A DNA stretch of 63,584 nt, filler included, from Coriobacteriales bacterium (GCA_031263105.1; 7 parts of 7 records of this genome joined end to end with filler, not necessarily neighbours in it), one strand, 5' to 3'. Counted from the whole stretch's first letter, positions 19,478-29,462 are shown. The notes: generated by a model from the letters alone, not told the origin. Made by a program: numbers and translations.

Positions 19478-20862
19478 GCGGCGGCACGGGCGGGGGCGGG
19501 GGCAACATCGCGGGCGGCGCCGTTGACGGCGGCGGGGGCGCAGGCGGCTGGGGCTTCGACACCCGCAAGGTACGGGCGGGCTACGACCCCACGGAGCACA
19601 ACCATGCCGTCAGCGTGCCCATCTACCAGACCACGGCCTACACGCTGGAGACCGTGGCGCGGGCGGACGCCCTGTTCGCCTTCGAGGACGAGGACCCGCT
19701 CTACACCCGCCTGTCCAACCCCACGGTAGACGTGCTCGAACGGCGCGTCACCGCGCTCCACGAGGGCGCTGCGGCCTCCGTCGCGCTCGCCTCGGGCATG
19801 GCGGCCGTGAGCTACGCCCTGCTCAACGCCGCCGGTCGCGGCGGCCACATCCTCACCACCTGCCGGCTCTACGGGGGCACGGTCGATGCCTTCTCCCACA
19901 TCTATCCCGAGCTGGGCATAGCCATCGACGTCGTCGAGGACGCCGACGACCCCGCCTCCTTCGAGCGGGCGATAGGCCCCAGGACCCGGGCCATCTTCGT
20001 CGAGGGCATCACCAACCCCTTGGTGACCGTCACCGACCTCGCCGCGCTTGCCGAGGTCGCGCACCGGCACGGCATTCTCCTCATCGTGGACAACACGCTC
20101 GCCACGCCCTGCCTGCTCGACCCCTTCGAGTTCGGGGCGGACGTGGTGGTCTACTCGGCGACCAAGGCCTTGAGCGGCCACGGCAACGTCATCGCCGGCC
20201 TCGTGGTCGAGAGCGGGCGCTTCGACTATGGAAGCGGCCACTTTCCGCAGTTCACCGAGCCGCACTGGTTTCTACGTGATGAGAACGACGTTCCGCGCAA
20301 CCACCTGCAGCTCTTCCCGGACACCCCCTTCACAGGGAGGCTGCGCGCCCTCTACCTCAACTACCTCGGAGCGGCGCTCGGCCCCTTTGACGCCTACCTC
20401 ATCCTGCTCGGCATCGAGACCCTCACCGAACGGGTGACCAAGCAGGTGGCGAATGCTGAGGCGCTCGTGCGCTATCTCCAAAGCAACCCCCACGTCGCGT
20501 GGGTGGCCTACCCCACGGTGGGCGGAGGCCCTTCGACGAGTCCTCCCGCAGCCTCTTCGGCGGCGCTCGCACAGAAGTACCTGCTACGCGGCGGCGGCTC
20601 GATCGTCAGCTTCGGCTTTGCCGGGAGCGAGGAGCAGAGGCGCCGCTTCCTCGACAGCGTCGGGCTGTTCAGCTACCAGGCGAACATAGGGGACGCACGC
20701 TCGCTCATCATCAACCCCGCGCAGACGACCCACATCGAGCTGACCCATGAGCAGCGCGAGCTATGCGGCCTCCTCCCCGAGACCATCCGCCTGTCGCTCG
20801 GCCTCGAGACCGCCTCCGACCTCATCGCCGACCTCGAGCAAGCCTTCACGCGGGCGTTCTGA
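19474..20862 (+). CDS. metY: O-acetylhomoserine aminocarboxypropyltransferase/sulfhydrylase family protein
   Basis: VPIYQTTAY, YTRLSNPT, ASGMAA, VDNT, YSATK, ANIGDARSLII, IRLSLGLE. Confidence 0.85.
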   Translation: MSGGTGGGGGNIAGGAVDGGGGAGGWGFDTRKVRAGYDPTEHNHAVSVPIYQTTAYTLETVARADALFAFEDEDPLYTRLSNPTVDVLERRVTALHEGAAASVALASGMAAVSYALLNAAGRGGHILTTCRLYGGTVDAFSHIYPELGIAIDVVEDADDPASFERAIGPRTRAIFVEGITNPLVTVTDLAALAEVAHRHGILLIVDNTLATPCLLDPFEFGADVVVYSATKALSGHGNVIAGLVVESGRFDYGSGHFPQFTEPHWFLRDENDVPRNHLQLFPDTPFTGRLRALYLNYLGAALGPFDAYLILLGIETLTERVTKQVANAEALVRYLQSNPHVAWVAYPTVGGGPSTSPPAASSAALAQKYLLRGGGSIVSFGFAGSEEQRRRFLDSVGLFSYQANIGDARSLIINPAQTTHIELTHEQRELCGLLPETIRLSLGLETASDLIADLEQAFTRAF

Positions 20863-20894
20863 GCGCTGAGTGCCGCACGCAGCCTTGCGGCCTC

Positions 20895-21521
20895 TCAGCG
20901 GATGAAGTTCGTCCACGCCCGTTTTTCGGGGATGGAGGGCTTGATGCCTGCTGCGCGTCCCGCCTCGATGGACTTGAGGACCCAAGCCACATTCGCACCC
21001 AGCTGATACGCGACCTGCATGCCCTCCTCGTCCTGGACGACCTGCTCGACACTTTGCCCGTGAACCATGGGCCAGTACAGCGACCCCACGAGCAGCATCT
21101 GCGAGATGACGAGGTACTTGTTGAGCTGTTCGAGGGCGGCGGTCGTGCCCGCACGGCGCGCGCTGACCAGCGCCCCGCCCGGCTTGAAGGCGAAGGTGCT
21201 GCTGGCAGCAAAGAACATGCGGTCGAGCGTGCTCTTCAGCGAGCCGTTGATGCCCGCGTAAAACACCGGCGAGCCGACGATGAGGCCGTCGGCGGCGATG
21301 GCCTTCTCGATCAGGTCGTTGATCCCGTCGTCCGCACCAAAGGCGCAGCGCTGCGTCGCGTTGCAGGCACCGCAGCCGATGCAGGGCCGCACGGGATCCT
21401 TGCGCAACCAGACGATCTCAGAGGAGACCCCTGCGTCGGCAAGCCCCTGCGCCGCCTGTGCAAGCGCAGTGTAGGTGCAGCGCCTCTCGTTGGGACTGCC
21501 GTTGACGATCAAAACGTTCAT
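20895..21521 (-). CDS. flavodoxin family / iron-sulfur flavoprotein
   Basis: NGSP...CIGCGAC...C, GSPVFYA, YWPMVHG, QDEEGMQ. Confidence 0.88.
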   Translation of the reverse strand: MNVLIVNGSPNERRCTYTALAQAAQGLADAGVSSEIVWLRKDPVRPCIGCGACNATQRCAFGADDGINDLIEKAIAADGLIVGSPVFYAGINGSLKSTLDRMFFAASSTFAFKPGGALVSARRAGTTAALEQLNKYLVISQMLLVGSLYWPMVHGQSVEQVVQDEEGMQVAYQLGANVAWVLKSIEAGRAAGIKPSIPEKRAWTNFIR

Positions 21522-21742
21522 GGCCCCTCCTTCGCATCCTCAACCAAAATACCCCGTGGCCCTGTCGACCGATAGACGTATTATACCCGAGCACAGCGCG
21601 GCGAAGCGACCTGCCTGTGACGCCCGCAGACATCCGCAACGTGTACGACTGTATCGAAACAGGAGGCTATATCGCGGCGGAATATCCAAGCCGGACGCTA
21701 TAATGGACTGATGAGTTTCTTGTACACGAGGAGTAGCTGTAA

Positions 21743-22918
21743 ATGATTCTGAGGTACCTCACAGGCAAGTCGTGCAAACCGTTGTTCATTGGCGGAGACT
21801 CAACCGATGTCTTAAAGGACTTTCCCGACACCTGCGTCGATATGGTGATGACGAGTCCTCCTTACTGGTGTCAGCGTGAATATGAAAACCGTGACGGTAT
21901 TGGCCTAGAAAGTTGCTATGCGGAATACATCGATCGTTTAATGGCTGTCTTTAATGAGGTTTATCGCATTCTGAAACCATCGGGCAGTTTCTGGCTGAAT
22001 ATCGGCGATACGTATGCGAACAAAACCCTCATGGGAATTCCTTGGCGAATAGCGATAAAACTCTGTGATGAGCAAGGATGGATTCTTCGAAATGACGTCA
22101 TTTGGAATAAGGTCAAAGGTGCTCCCGACAATTCTGGCGACAAGCTGCGAAACGTATATGAAAATCTCTTTCACTTCGTCAAGACCAGAAAGTACTATTA
22201 CGATGTCAGCATGATTCGCAAAAACCCACAGAAGGCCAAGATTCAGAATGGCGCTGTTGTGTCTGCGACCGGAGTTACGGGCGTCAGATACAAACGCCAG
22301 ATCGAACTGTCCACAGCTTTAACGGAGGATCAGAAAAGCAATGCCTTGGCAGCCTTGGAAGATGTCTTGAACCAGATGAAGGAAGGCAAGCTCGGAGACT
22401 TCAGGATGATAATCAGGGGCCAGCAGCGAACGACACACTCTGATTCATCAAGGGTATCGGGACGAGCCAAGGAGCTTGAAACCAAAGGGTTCTATTTTTT
22501 GAAATACCATCCTGACGGAGCAAAACTTGGAGACGTTTGGGACATTATCCCCGAAGACAGCCAGAAGAGAAAAACCCACTTTGCCCCCTACCCTTCAGAC
22601 TTATGCAGGACTCCCGTGTTGACCACCTGTCCACCTGATGGCCTTGTCTTGGATCCCTTCTGCGGAACCGGGACAACCATGGAAGTCGCCTATGAGAACA
22701 ACAGGAAGTCGATTGGGATTGACATCGCCCAATCCTACCTTAGCCTCGCCAAAGAAAGGTTCGACCGTCCAGTGGACGGTCGAAGGAGCAGTGAGCCTGC
22801 GAGCGCGACGAGTGAATTGGCGAACGCAGGAACGCAACGACCGAGGAAAACTGATGAAAGGAAGATGCTCAATGAGCCTCGTCAGGGAACTCTTTGGAAA
22901 CTACTCGAAGCGAAATGA
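21743..22918 (+). CDS. beta-class amino (likely N4-cytosine) DNA methyltransferase
   Basis: TSPPYW catalytic motif N-terminal, HFAPYP and DPFCGTGTT SAM-binding motif C-terminal; low GC. Confidence 0.92.
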   Translation: MILRYLTGKSCKPLFIGGDSTDVLKDFPDTCVDMVMTSPPYWCQREYENRDGIGLESCYAEYIDRLMAVFNEVYRILKPSGSFWLNIGDTYANKTLMGIPWRIAIKLCDEQGWILRNDVIWNKVKGAPDNSGDKLRNVYENLFHFVKTRKYYYDVSMIRKNPQKAKIQNGAVVSATGVTGVRYKRQIELSTALTEDQKSNALAALEDVLNQMKEGKLGDFRMIIRGQQRTTHSDSSRVSGRAKELETKGFYFLKYHPDGAKLGDVWDIIPEDSQKRKTHFAPYPSDLCRTPVLTTCPPDGLVLDPFCGTGTTMEVAYENNRKSIGIDIAQSYLSLAKERFDRPVDGRRSSEPASATSELANAGTQRPRKTDERKMLNEPRQGTLWKLLEAK

Positions 22919-23753
22919 CATTAACTGGGGGAGGGTTATCGCTGAGCAGCTCTGTCCATACTCAGGGAAATCTTGCTATAAGGTCAGAAAGAGCGAGCCA
23001 AGTATTTCAATAGGTGTCTGCACTGTAGAGTACGGGGGCTGTCCAGGTATTATGATTTGCCCCAACAGAATGCTCGAAAGACAGCAAATCTTCAACGACT
23101 GCCTTCACCTGCTCACCATGCATGAGCCAGGCAATGAGTTGCATTTATTGCCGGAGGTTTCTATTCCCGGTGGAAGCGTTGACTACTTCCTGATTTCAGC
23201 TCGGGGCCTAAAAGTCATCGACTTCGTAGGTATAGAATTGCAGACACTGGATACAACTGGAAGCATATGGAGTGAACGCTCAGCACTTGTGCAGAGCAAA
23301 GGCGTGACGGTCAACAAAGACGATTTATCAAAGAAGAACTTCGGCATGAATTGGAAGATGTCTGCAAAAACCATCCTTGTTCAAATGCATCACAAGATAG
23401 ATACATTCGAGAACCTCAACAAGCATCTCGTTCTTGTCATACAGGACTGCTTCTACGATTACATGGCTAAAGAATTCAATTTCGCGCCACTTAGGCCAGC
23501 ACTTCTTGGTGACTCGTTCCATATCCATTCTTATTCCCTCGACGACAATCAGGTGGCTTTAAGAATCAGACTAAGCGACCGCAAAAGTACTGATTCTGCC
23601 GGCCTGTCTCTTAGCCTGGGGCTTCAGGCTGAAGCCAAAGTAGACTTGGAGGAGATTGTCGAATACTTGGAGAGGCGCATGAGCGACACCACCTTGTTGC
23701 GCAACCTCAATCAGATTGACCTGCGCTATACATACCTTAAGTTTTCCGACTAA
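22872..23753 (+). CDS. NotI-family restriction endonuclease
   Basis: ELFG, CPY..CYK..GVC..ICPNR four-Cys motif, VDYFL..GIELQ nuclease motif; overlaps the MTase. Confidence 0.82.
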   Translation: MSLVRELFGNYSKRNDINWGRVIAEQLCPYSGKSCYKVRKSEPSISIGVCTVEYGGCPGIMICPNRMLERQQIFNDCLHLLTMHEPGNELHLLPEVSIPGGSVDYFLISARGLKVIDFVGIELQTLDTTGSIWSERSALVQSKGVTVNKDDLSKKNFGMNWKMSAKTILVQMHHKIDTFENLNKHLVLVIQDCFYDYMAKEFNFAPLRPALLGDSFHIHSYSLDDNQVALRIRLSDRKSTDSAGLSLSLGLQAEAKVDLEEIVEYLERRMSDTTLLRNLNQIDLRYTYLKFSD

Positions 23754-23904
23754 TGCTGAATGACGCTATGGGCACCATCGTCGATTCAAGGCATTGTCCA
23801 CGCTAAGCAGAAAATAGCTGGAATTCAACGAAAGCGTGAAGCTATAGAAATCGCAGGGCGGAATGGCTATAGTGAAATCCGACATACGGGAAAGGGGCGT
23901 GGCC

Positions 23905-25098
23905 ATGCTGACCATGCGGTATCGGAGCGACCAACGGTCGGGCAACGAGCTTTCGGCTCTGGGCTTCGGCTGCATGAGGTTCCCTCGCAGGCTCACTGCG
24001 ACCGACCGCGAGAAGTCCGAGGAGCTGGTGCTCGCAGCAATCGAGCGCGGAGTGAACTACTTTGACACGGCCTATGTCTACGGCGACAGCGAAGTGGTTC
24101 TTGGTGAGATACTGCACAAGAACGATGTGCGCTCAAAGATATTCCTCGCGACGAAGCTCCCCCATCAGAAGTGCGCGAGCGCCGAGGACTTCGAGCGCCT
24201 GTTCCAGGAGCAGCTCGGTCGCCTCCAGACCGACTACATCGACTACTACCTGATCCACAACCTCCCGACGGTCGAAGTGTGGCAGAAGCTCTGCGACCTC
24301 GGCATCGAGAGCTGGATCGCCCAAAAGAAGGCGGGCGGGCAGATACGTCAGATCGGCTTCTCGTTCCACGGGGCGCAGGCGGGCTTCCTCGGTCTGCTCG
24401 ACGCATACGGCTGGGACTTCTGCCAGATACAGTACAACTATATGGATGAGAACTACCAGGCAGGGCGCACAGGGCTCGAACGGGCGCACGAGAAGGGGCT
24501 GCCGGTCGTCATCATGGAGCCGCTGCTCGGTGGCAAGCTCGCCACGGGGCTGCCGCGCGGGGCCGCCAAGCGCTTCAGGGAGGCCGACCCCGAACGGTCG
24601 TTTGCCTCATGGGCGTTCCGCTGGTTGTGGGACCAGCCCGCCGTGACGGTCGTGCTCTCGGGCATGAACAGTGCCGAGCAGCTCGACGACAACATCGCGA
24701 CCGCCGCCGCTGCCGAGCCCGGCATGCTGAGCGCCGAGGAGTCCGCCGTGTTCGCACCGGTCGTCGAGACCTTCCGTGAGACCTACAGGGTGTCCTGCAC
24801 CGGCTGCAACTACTGCATGCCCTGCCCGAGCGGCGTCAACATCCCCGGGTGCTTCGCCGCCTACAACGCATCCTATGCCGTCGGCTTCGTCTCCGCCATG
24901 CAGATCTACCTTACCAGCACCGCCGCCAACCACCCGGGCAAGGGACACGGTGCCAAGAGCTGCGTGCAATGCGGCGCCTGCGAGAAGAAATGCCCGCAGC
25001 ACATCAAGATCGCAGAGTCGCTGAACGACGTCGTCAAACGCATGGAGCCCTTCTGGTTCTCCGCCCTCATGTGGGGCGTCAGGAGGTTCATGGGCTGA
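23905..25098 (+). CDS. aldo/keto reductase with C-terminal 4Fe-4S domain
   Basis: LGFGCMRFP, NYFDTAYVY, LATKLP, IGFSFHG, QIQYNY, CTGCNYCMPCP, CVQCGACEKKCPQ. Confidence 0.92.
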   Translation: MLTMRYRSDQRSGNELSALGFGCMRFPRRLTATDREKSEELVLAAIERGVNYFDTAYVYGDSEVVLGEILHKNDVRSKIFLATKLPHQKCASAEDFERLFQEQLGRLQTDYIDYYLIHNLPTVEVWQKLCDLGIESWIAQKKAGGQIRQIGFSFHGAQAGFLGLLDAYGWDFCQIQYNYMDENYQAGRTGLERAHEKGLPVVIMEPLLGGKLATGLPRGAAKRFREADPERSFASWAFRWLWDQPAVTVVLSGMNSAEQLDDNIATAAAAEPGMLSAEESAVFAPVVETFRETYRVSCTGCNYCMPCPSGVNIPGCFAAYNASYAVGFVSAMQIYLTSTAANHPGKGHGAKSCVQCGACEKKCPQHIKIAESLNDVVKRMEPFWFSALMWGVRRFMG

Positions 25099-25126
25099 GC
25101 GGACTCAAGGAAGCGTCAGCGCTCCC

Positions 25127-25693
25127 CTACCCCACCGCGTCGCTTTCGCGGATGAGCAGGCTGGGGACGGTCTGGTCGGCGGAGGGCAGCATGGGCGTCT
25201 CGGAGACCAGGGCCCCGGAGCCGGAGCCGTAGGCCGCCTGCAGGGCCTCAAGGTCGCCGAAGTCCAGTGTGCGCTGCGGACAGGCCTGCACACAGGAGGG
25301 CAGCTCGTCCTTTATCCTGAGCGAAAGGCAGGAATCGCACTTGTAGACCTTGCCGAGGCCCTCCCTGAAGACCGGCTCGCCGTAGGGACAGGCGCTGATG
25401 CAGGACTTGCAGCCGATGCATGCCTCCTCGTCGATCAGAACGATGCCGCTCTCGCCGTCCTTGCTGATGGCGCCCTCGGGGCAGACGGCCAGACAGGCCG
25501 GCATCGCGCAGTGGTTGCAGGAATCCGAGAGCGTGTAGCACCGCGTGGCAGGGTACGTACCCGTCTCGTAGGTATCGACCCTCCTGAATATCTCCCCCGC
25601 ATCGTACAGGGAGTTGCGGTCACGGCAGGCGACTTGGCAGGTCTTGCAGCCTATGCAGGCCGTCATATCGAAATAGAACCCCATTTGAGCCAT
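25127..25693 (-). CDS. DmsB-like 4Fe-4S subunit
   Basis: CIGCKTCQVAC, CNHCAMPACLAVCP, CIGCKSCISACPY, KCDSC..CVQACP. Confidence 0.92.
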   Translation of the reverse strand: MAQMGFYFDMTACIGCKTCQVACRDRNSLYDAGEIFRRVDTYETGTYPATRCYTLSDSCNHCAMPACLAVCPEGAISKDGESGIVLIDEEACIGCKSCISACPYGEPVFREGLGKVYKCDSCLSLRIKDELPSCVQACPQRTLDFGDLEALQAAYGSGSGALVSETPMLPSADQTVPSLLIRESDAVG

Positions 25694-25718
25694 TTCTCTC
25701 TCCTTTCAGTCGCTTGGG

Positions 25719-28385
25719 CTATGCGTCAAACACGATGCGCTGCGGCCATTCGTGATCCGGGGCCAGAGGCTTGTCGTACTTCTCGATCCTGCAGTTGTTG
25801 GAGTTGAAGCCCGTATGGCCCTGGCCGGTGGGTATCGGCGCCGAGAGCGTGTTGGTCGCCCCTGCCTCGTCCACGCCCTCCGGGGTGAGCTGGGCCCAGG
25901 CGCCCTCTCCCAGGCTGACGGCCCCTGGGGCGATCCTCTGGGTCACGAAGGCCGGACGGGCGACGCTGCCGTAAGGGCTGGAGAGCTTGACGGCGTCGCC
26001 CTCGGCGATGTCGAGCCCGGCGGCGTCCTGGGCGTTTATCCAGAGCTCCTGCGGCCATGCCTCGCGCAGCCACTCCACGTTGTCGAAGACGTTGTGCGAG
26101 CGGCGCTGGTAATGATGGTTGATGAGCTGGAACGGCAGGTCGCCGGAGCGGCTGTCCTCGTAGCCCTCGATGATGTGGACGTACTTCGGCAGCGGGTCCT
26201 TCTGCGAGAAGCCCACCCAGTCGATGTAGCTGGCCAGCGACTGGCAGTGGATCTCGAACTTGCCGCTGGAGGTGTTCACGGGGTTGGCCACGGGATCCTC
26301 TATGAACTTCTCGAAGGGGAGGAAGGTGTAGGCGTCGCCCTCGCTGCGCTCGACCTGGTAGATGCCCTTCTCCTCGAACTCGGCAAGGCTCATCCTCCCC
26401 TCCTGGGGCTCGCCGACGACGCCGAGGCGCTCTATGTCCTCGGCCGTGATGGTGAGCAGGGGCTTCTTCTCGCCGTCGGTGTCCAGGAAGGTCGAGCCGG
26501 CCAGCTTGTTGAAGAGCTGCTGCTCCTCGTCGATGTCGTAGACGTCCGCCGGGTCGATCCCCAGCTTCTCCGCTATCCCTAACGTGATCTCCTGGTCGCT
26601 CTTCGCCTCGTACAGCGGGGCGGTGACGGGACGGGCGTAGATGAGTATCTCCCGGTTGCCTGTGAGCAGGGTGCCGGGGCGCTCCCATTCGGTGGTCACA
26701 GGCAGCACCACGTCGGCGTACTTCGCCGAGGTGTTGAGCACGTAGTTCATGCAGAGGACGAACTCCACCTTCTTGTGCGCCTTGATGCCCTGGGTCATCG
26801 CCTGGCGCTGGTTGAGCGCGGCGCCCATGCCCTGGTATATCATCTGGATGTTCTTCTCGCGGGTCACTCCCTTGGAGACGGTGTGGCTGCCTTCGAGGAT
26901 GGCGTCCCACATCTCGCCGTTGTTCATGGCGTACTCTTTTTGTGGGAAGGGGTTGGGAGGGACCTCGGAGCCCACGCCCGCGCCGCCGCCCGAGACCAAG
27001 GCGCCGCCGCCGTTGGACGCGGAGTTGTGCATCGTGGCGCTCACCGAGCCGCCGTCACGCCCGATCTGCCCACAGACCATGCCGAGTGCGAGAAGGGCGT
27101 GGACGAAGCACTCGCCGTCGTTGATGCGCGCGGGCGCGCCGGCCGAGCAGATGGAGGCGGGGCGCGTGGTGGCGTACTCCTCGGCAAGGGCCCTGATGGT
27201 CTCGACGGGGACGCCGCAGAGCTCCGAGGCCCACTCAGGGCTCTTCGCCCCCTCGGAGGCATAGGCCCCCTCTCCGAGCACGTAGTCCCTGAAGTTCTCG
27301 TCAGGGCTCACCGGAACTGCGGCAAAGACGAAGTCCGGCCGCTCCATGGGGGCATAGGTGTACTCGGGATAGTCGCCGGTGGGCATGTGGTCGCGGTCGA
27401 AGCCCACGGTGTAGGTGTCGAGGTACTCCTGGTCGTGCAGGCCGCTGGTGACGATGTGGTGGATCATGCCGAGCGCCAGCGCGGTGTCGGTCGCGGGCCG
27501 GATGGGGATCCATTGCGCGCCCAGGGCCTCGATGCTCTCGTTGTAGCGGGGGTCGATGGAGACGAAGCGCGCACCCGCCTTCTTGGCCTGCAGGTAGTTG
27601 TAGGTGGGGTTCCCGGCACTGGAGCTGGCGGGGTTTGCGCCCCACAGTATGATGAGCTTCTGCGTGCGCATGGTGAGACGGTCGGGCGCATCCGACGTGT
27701 AGCCGCCCGACCCCGTGATCATCTGGTAGGCGTCCGGCCATGCGCCCCAGGAGACCTGCCCCCAACGGGGGGTGTAGCCGCCCAGATGCTGGAAGACGCG
27801 CGGCAGCTCGCTGCCGCCCAGCACGAAGATCGACTCGGGCCCGTAGAGCTCGTAGATGCGCTTGAGCTCGTCGGCGACCAGCGTGTAGGCCTCGTCCCAC
27901 GACATCCGCACCCACTCATCCTCGCCGCGCAGCTCGCCCATGGGGTTCTCGGGGCTCCAGTTCTTGCGCCTCATGGGGTACTTCAGACGGTCGGCGCCGA
28001 ACACCTGCATACGTTGCGCGCGGCCCCTCTGGCAGGCGCGCTGCTGCGGGAAGTCGGGGCTGTCCTCATGGGTGGCGTCGGTGCCCTGCCTGAGGACGAC
28101 GCCGTCCTTGACGAGCGCCCGGTTGAGGCAGCGCCCGCCGCAGTTGTGCCAACAGGCCGCAGTGATCCACGTGGCCCCTTCCTCGGGGTCGGCCCCCACC
28201 TCCGTCAAGGCGTCTTCCGGCACCTCTTCGACGGTCGGCGCACAGCCTGTCGCTCCCAACGCCGCAAGGGCCGCAGTCCCGGCGCTCAGGGCGACGAAGG
28301 TCCGCCGACTCAGCTCGCTCAGGCCCGCCTGGGCCCCTTGCTGCTCCTCTGTCCCGTGCGGCCTCTCTGCCTCGTTTGCTCCCAT
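25719..28385 (-). CDS. DmsA-like Tat-exported molybdopterin oxidoreductase catalytic subunit
   Basis: SRRTFV Tat motif, LGATGC lipobox, CWHNCGGRC..ACQRGR FS0, RLKYPM, GQVSWG putative Ser ligand, RRSHNVF. Confidence 0.92.
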   Translation of the reverse strand: MGANEAERPHGTEEQQGAQAGLSELSRRTFVALSAGTAALAALGATGCAPTVEEVPEDALTEVGADPEEGATWITAACWHNCGGRCLNRALVKDGVVLRQGTDATHEDSPDFPQQRACQRGRAQRMQVFGADRLKYPMRRKNWSPENPMGELRGEDEWVRMSWDEAYTLVADELKRIYELYGPESIFVLGGSELPRVFQHLGGYTPRWGQVSWGAWPDAYQMITGSGGYTSDAPDRLTMRTQKLIILWGANPASSSAGNPTYNYLQAKKAGARFVSIDPRYNESIEALGAQWIPIRPATDTALALGMIHHIVTSGLHDQEYLDTYTVGFDRDHMPTGDYPEYTYAPMERPDFVFAAVPVSPDENFRDYVLGEGAYASEGAKSPEWASELCGVPVETIRALAEEYATTRPASICSAGAPARINDGECFVHALLALGMVCGQIGRDGGSVSATMHNSASNGGGALVSGGGAGVGSEVPPNPFPQKEYAMNNGEMWDAILEGSHTVSKGVTREKNIQMIYQGMGAALNQRQAMTQGIKAHKKVEFVLCMNYVLNTSAKYADVVLPVTTEWERPGTLLTGNREILIYARPVTAPLYEAKSDQEITLGIAEKLGIDPADVYDIDEEQQLFNKLAGSTFLDTDGEKKPLLTITAEDIERLGVVGEPQEGRMSLAEFEEKGIYQVERSEGDAYTFLPFEKFIEDPVANPVNTSSGKFEIHCQSLASYIDWVGFSQKDPLPKYVHIIEGYEDSRSGDLPFQLINHHYQRRSHNVFDNVEWLREAWPQELWINAQDAAGLDIAEGDAVKLSSPYGSVARPAFVTQRIAPGAVSLGEGAWAQLTPEGVDEAGATNTLSAPIPTGQGHTGFNSNNCRIEKYDKPLAPDHEWPQRIVFDA

Positions 28386-28635
28386 GGTTCTCTCCGTTCG
28401 CTTCTGACATCGGCACTTCTTGTATCAGCAGTATGGGGAGAGGACGCGCCAATCACCATGAAGCCTGACTTGTAATTCTCCGACAATTGTCTTGCGAAAC
28501 GAAGAAGAAACCTTGCTGAGTCCTTTCTTTTTTGCATCGGACGGGTGCCCTTGCGTCCATGAACAGCATAAACGGACGACAAGGGCAGGCCTTGGGGCAA
28601 CAGCCGCCTGACACCGGTCACGATTTTATGGATAA

Positions 28636-28735
28636 TATACGTTACTGACACCTGTCATCCTATACGTTACTGACACCTGTCATCCTATACGTTACTGACA
28701 CCTGTCATCCTATACGTTACTGACACCTGTCATCC
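28636..28735. repeat. four exact 25-bp tandem repeats at a REP terminus
   Basis: TATACGTTACTGACACCTGTCATCC x4; the last copy continues into the REP arm. Confidence 0.95.
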
Positions 28736-28853
28736 CGAGCCTGCCGAGGGATCTTCGACCGCGCAAGCGGTCGACTGCGGGCGGATGCGCTCCGACCTGC
28801 GGTCGACCGCTGACGCGGCCGAGGATCCCTCGGCAGGCTCGGGATGGCCGTGA
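28715..28853. repeat. REP/MITE-like element (short variant)
   Basis: CTGTCATCCCGAGCCTGCCGAGGGATC ... GATCCCTCGGCAGGCTCGGGATGGC inverted arms. Confidence 0.88.
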
Positions 28854-28902
28854 GGGGCCCGGGGCGGCGGACCGGGAGGGGCCCGGGGCGGCGGGAGGCC
28901 GG

Positions 28903-29002
28903 NNNNNNNNNNNNNNNNNNNNNNNNNNNNNNNNNNNNNNNNNNNNTTAATTAATTAANNNNNNNNNNNNNNNNNNNNNNNNNNNNNNNNNNNNNNNNNN
29001 NN
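28903..29002. other. artificial contig linker
   Basis: N run with TTAATTAATTAA. Confidence 0.98.
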
Positions 29003-29276
29003 CCCTCCCCCACCCAAACGTACACCCCCATGACCCCCCCCTCCAACCCCCCATTCTGCCCCCCCCCCCCCCCCCCCCGTCAAGGGGGCAAGTCAAACTT
29101 TTTTGCATTTTTTTGGCTCCAAGAACCGTTCCCTTTCTGTTTTTCGCGGGAGCGCAAGCGGAACAGAAGGGCTGGATGTTCGGTCCTGCGCCCTCGTCCT
29201 CATTCCTTTGCTGGCCCTCATAATCTAAATTTGTGCTAAACTTTAATTCCTTCAGATTCGACAAAGGAGTTGCTTG

Positions 29277-29462
29277 ATGGAGCATACGACAGCGGAAACG
29301 GTAAGGAGGCTTCGACGAGAGGGCTGGTCTGAACAGTATGGAGAGGGCGACCACCTGAAGTTCAAGAAGCAAGGGCACCCGCTGGTAGTTGTTCCGACGA
29401 GCAAAAAGGTACTGAAGGAAGGAACCTACAGAGACATAGCGAGAAAAGCAGGGTGGGAGTGA
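29277..29462 (+). CDS. hicA: HicA toxin
   Basis: 61 aa, LRREGW...GDHLKFKK...VVVP...GTYRDIARKAGW; RBS AAGGAG. Confidence 0.88.
   Translation: MEHTTAETVRRLRREGWSEQYGEGDHLKFKKQGHPLVVVPTSKKVLKEGTYRDIARKAGWE

Noticed and set aside
28636..28735. CRISPR array (also considered for 17827, 57827 and 63406)
   Set aside because: Repeats are head-to-tail with no unique spacers, and there are no cas genes in the window.
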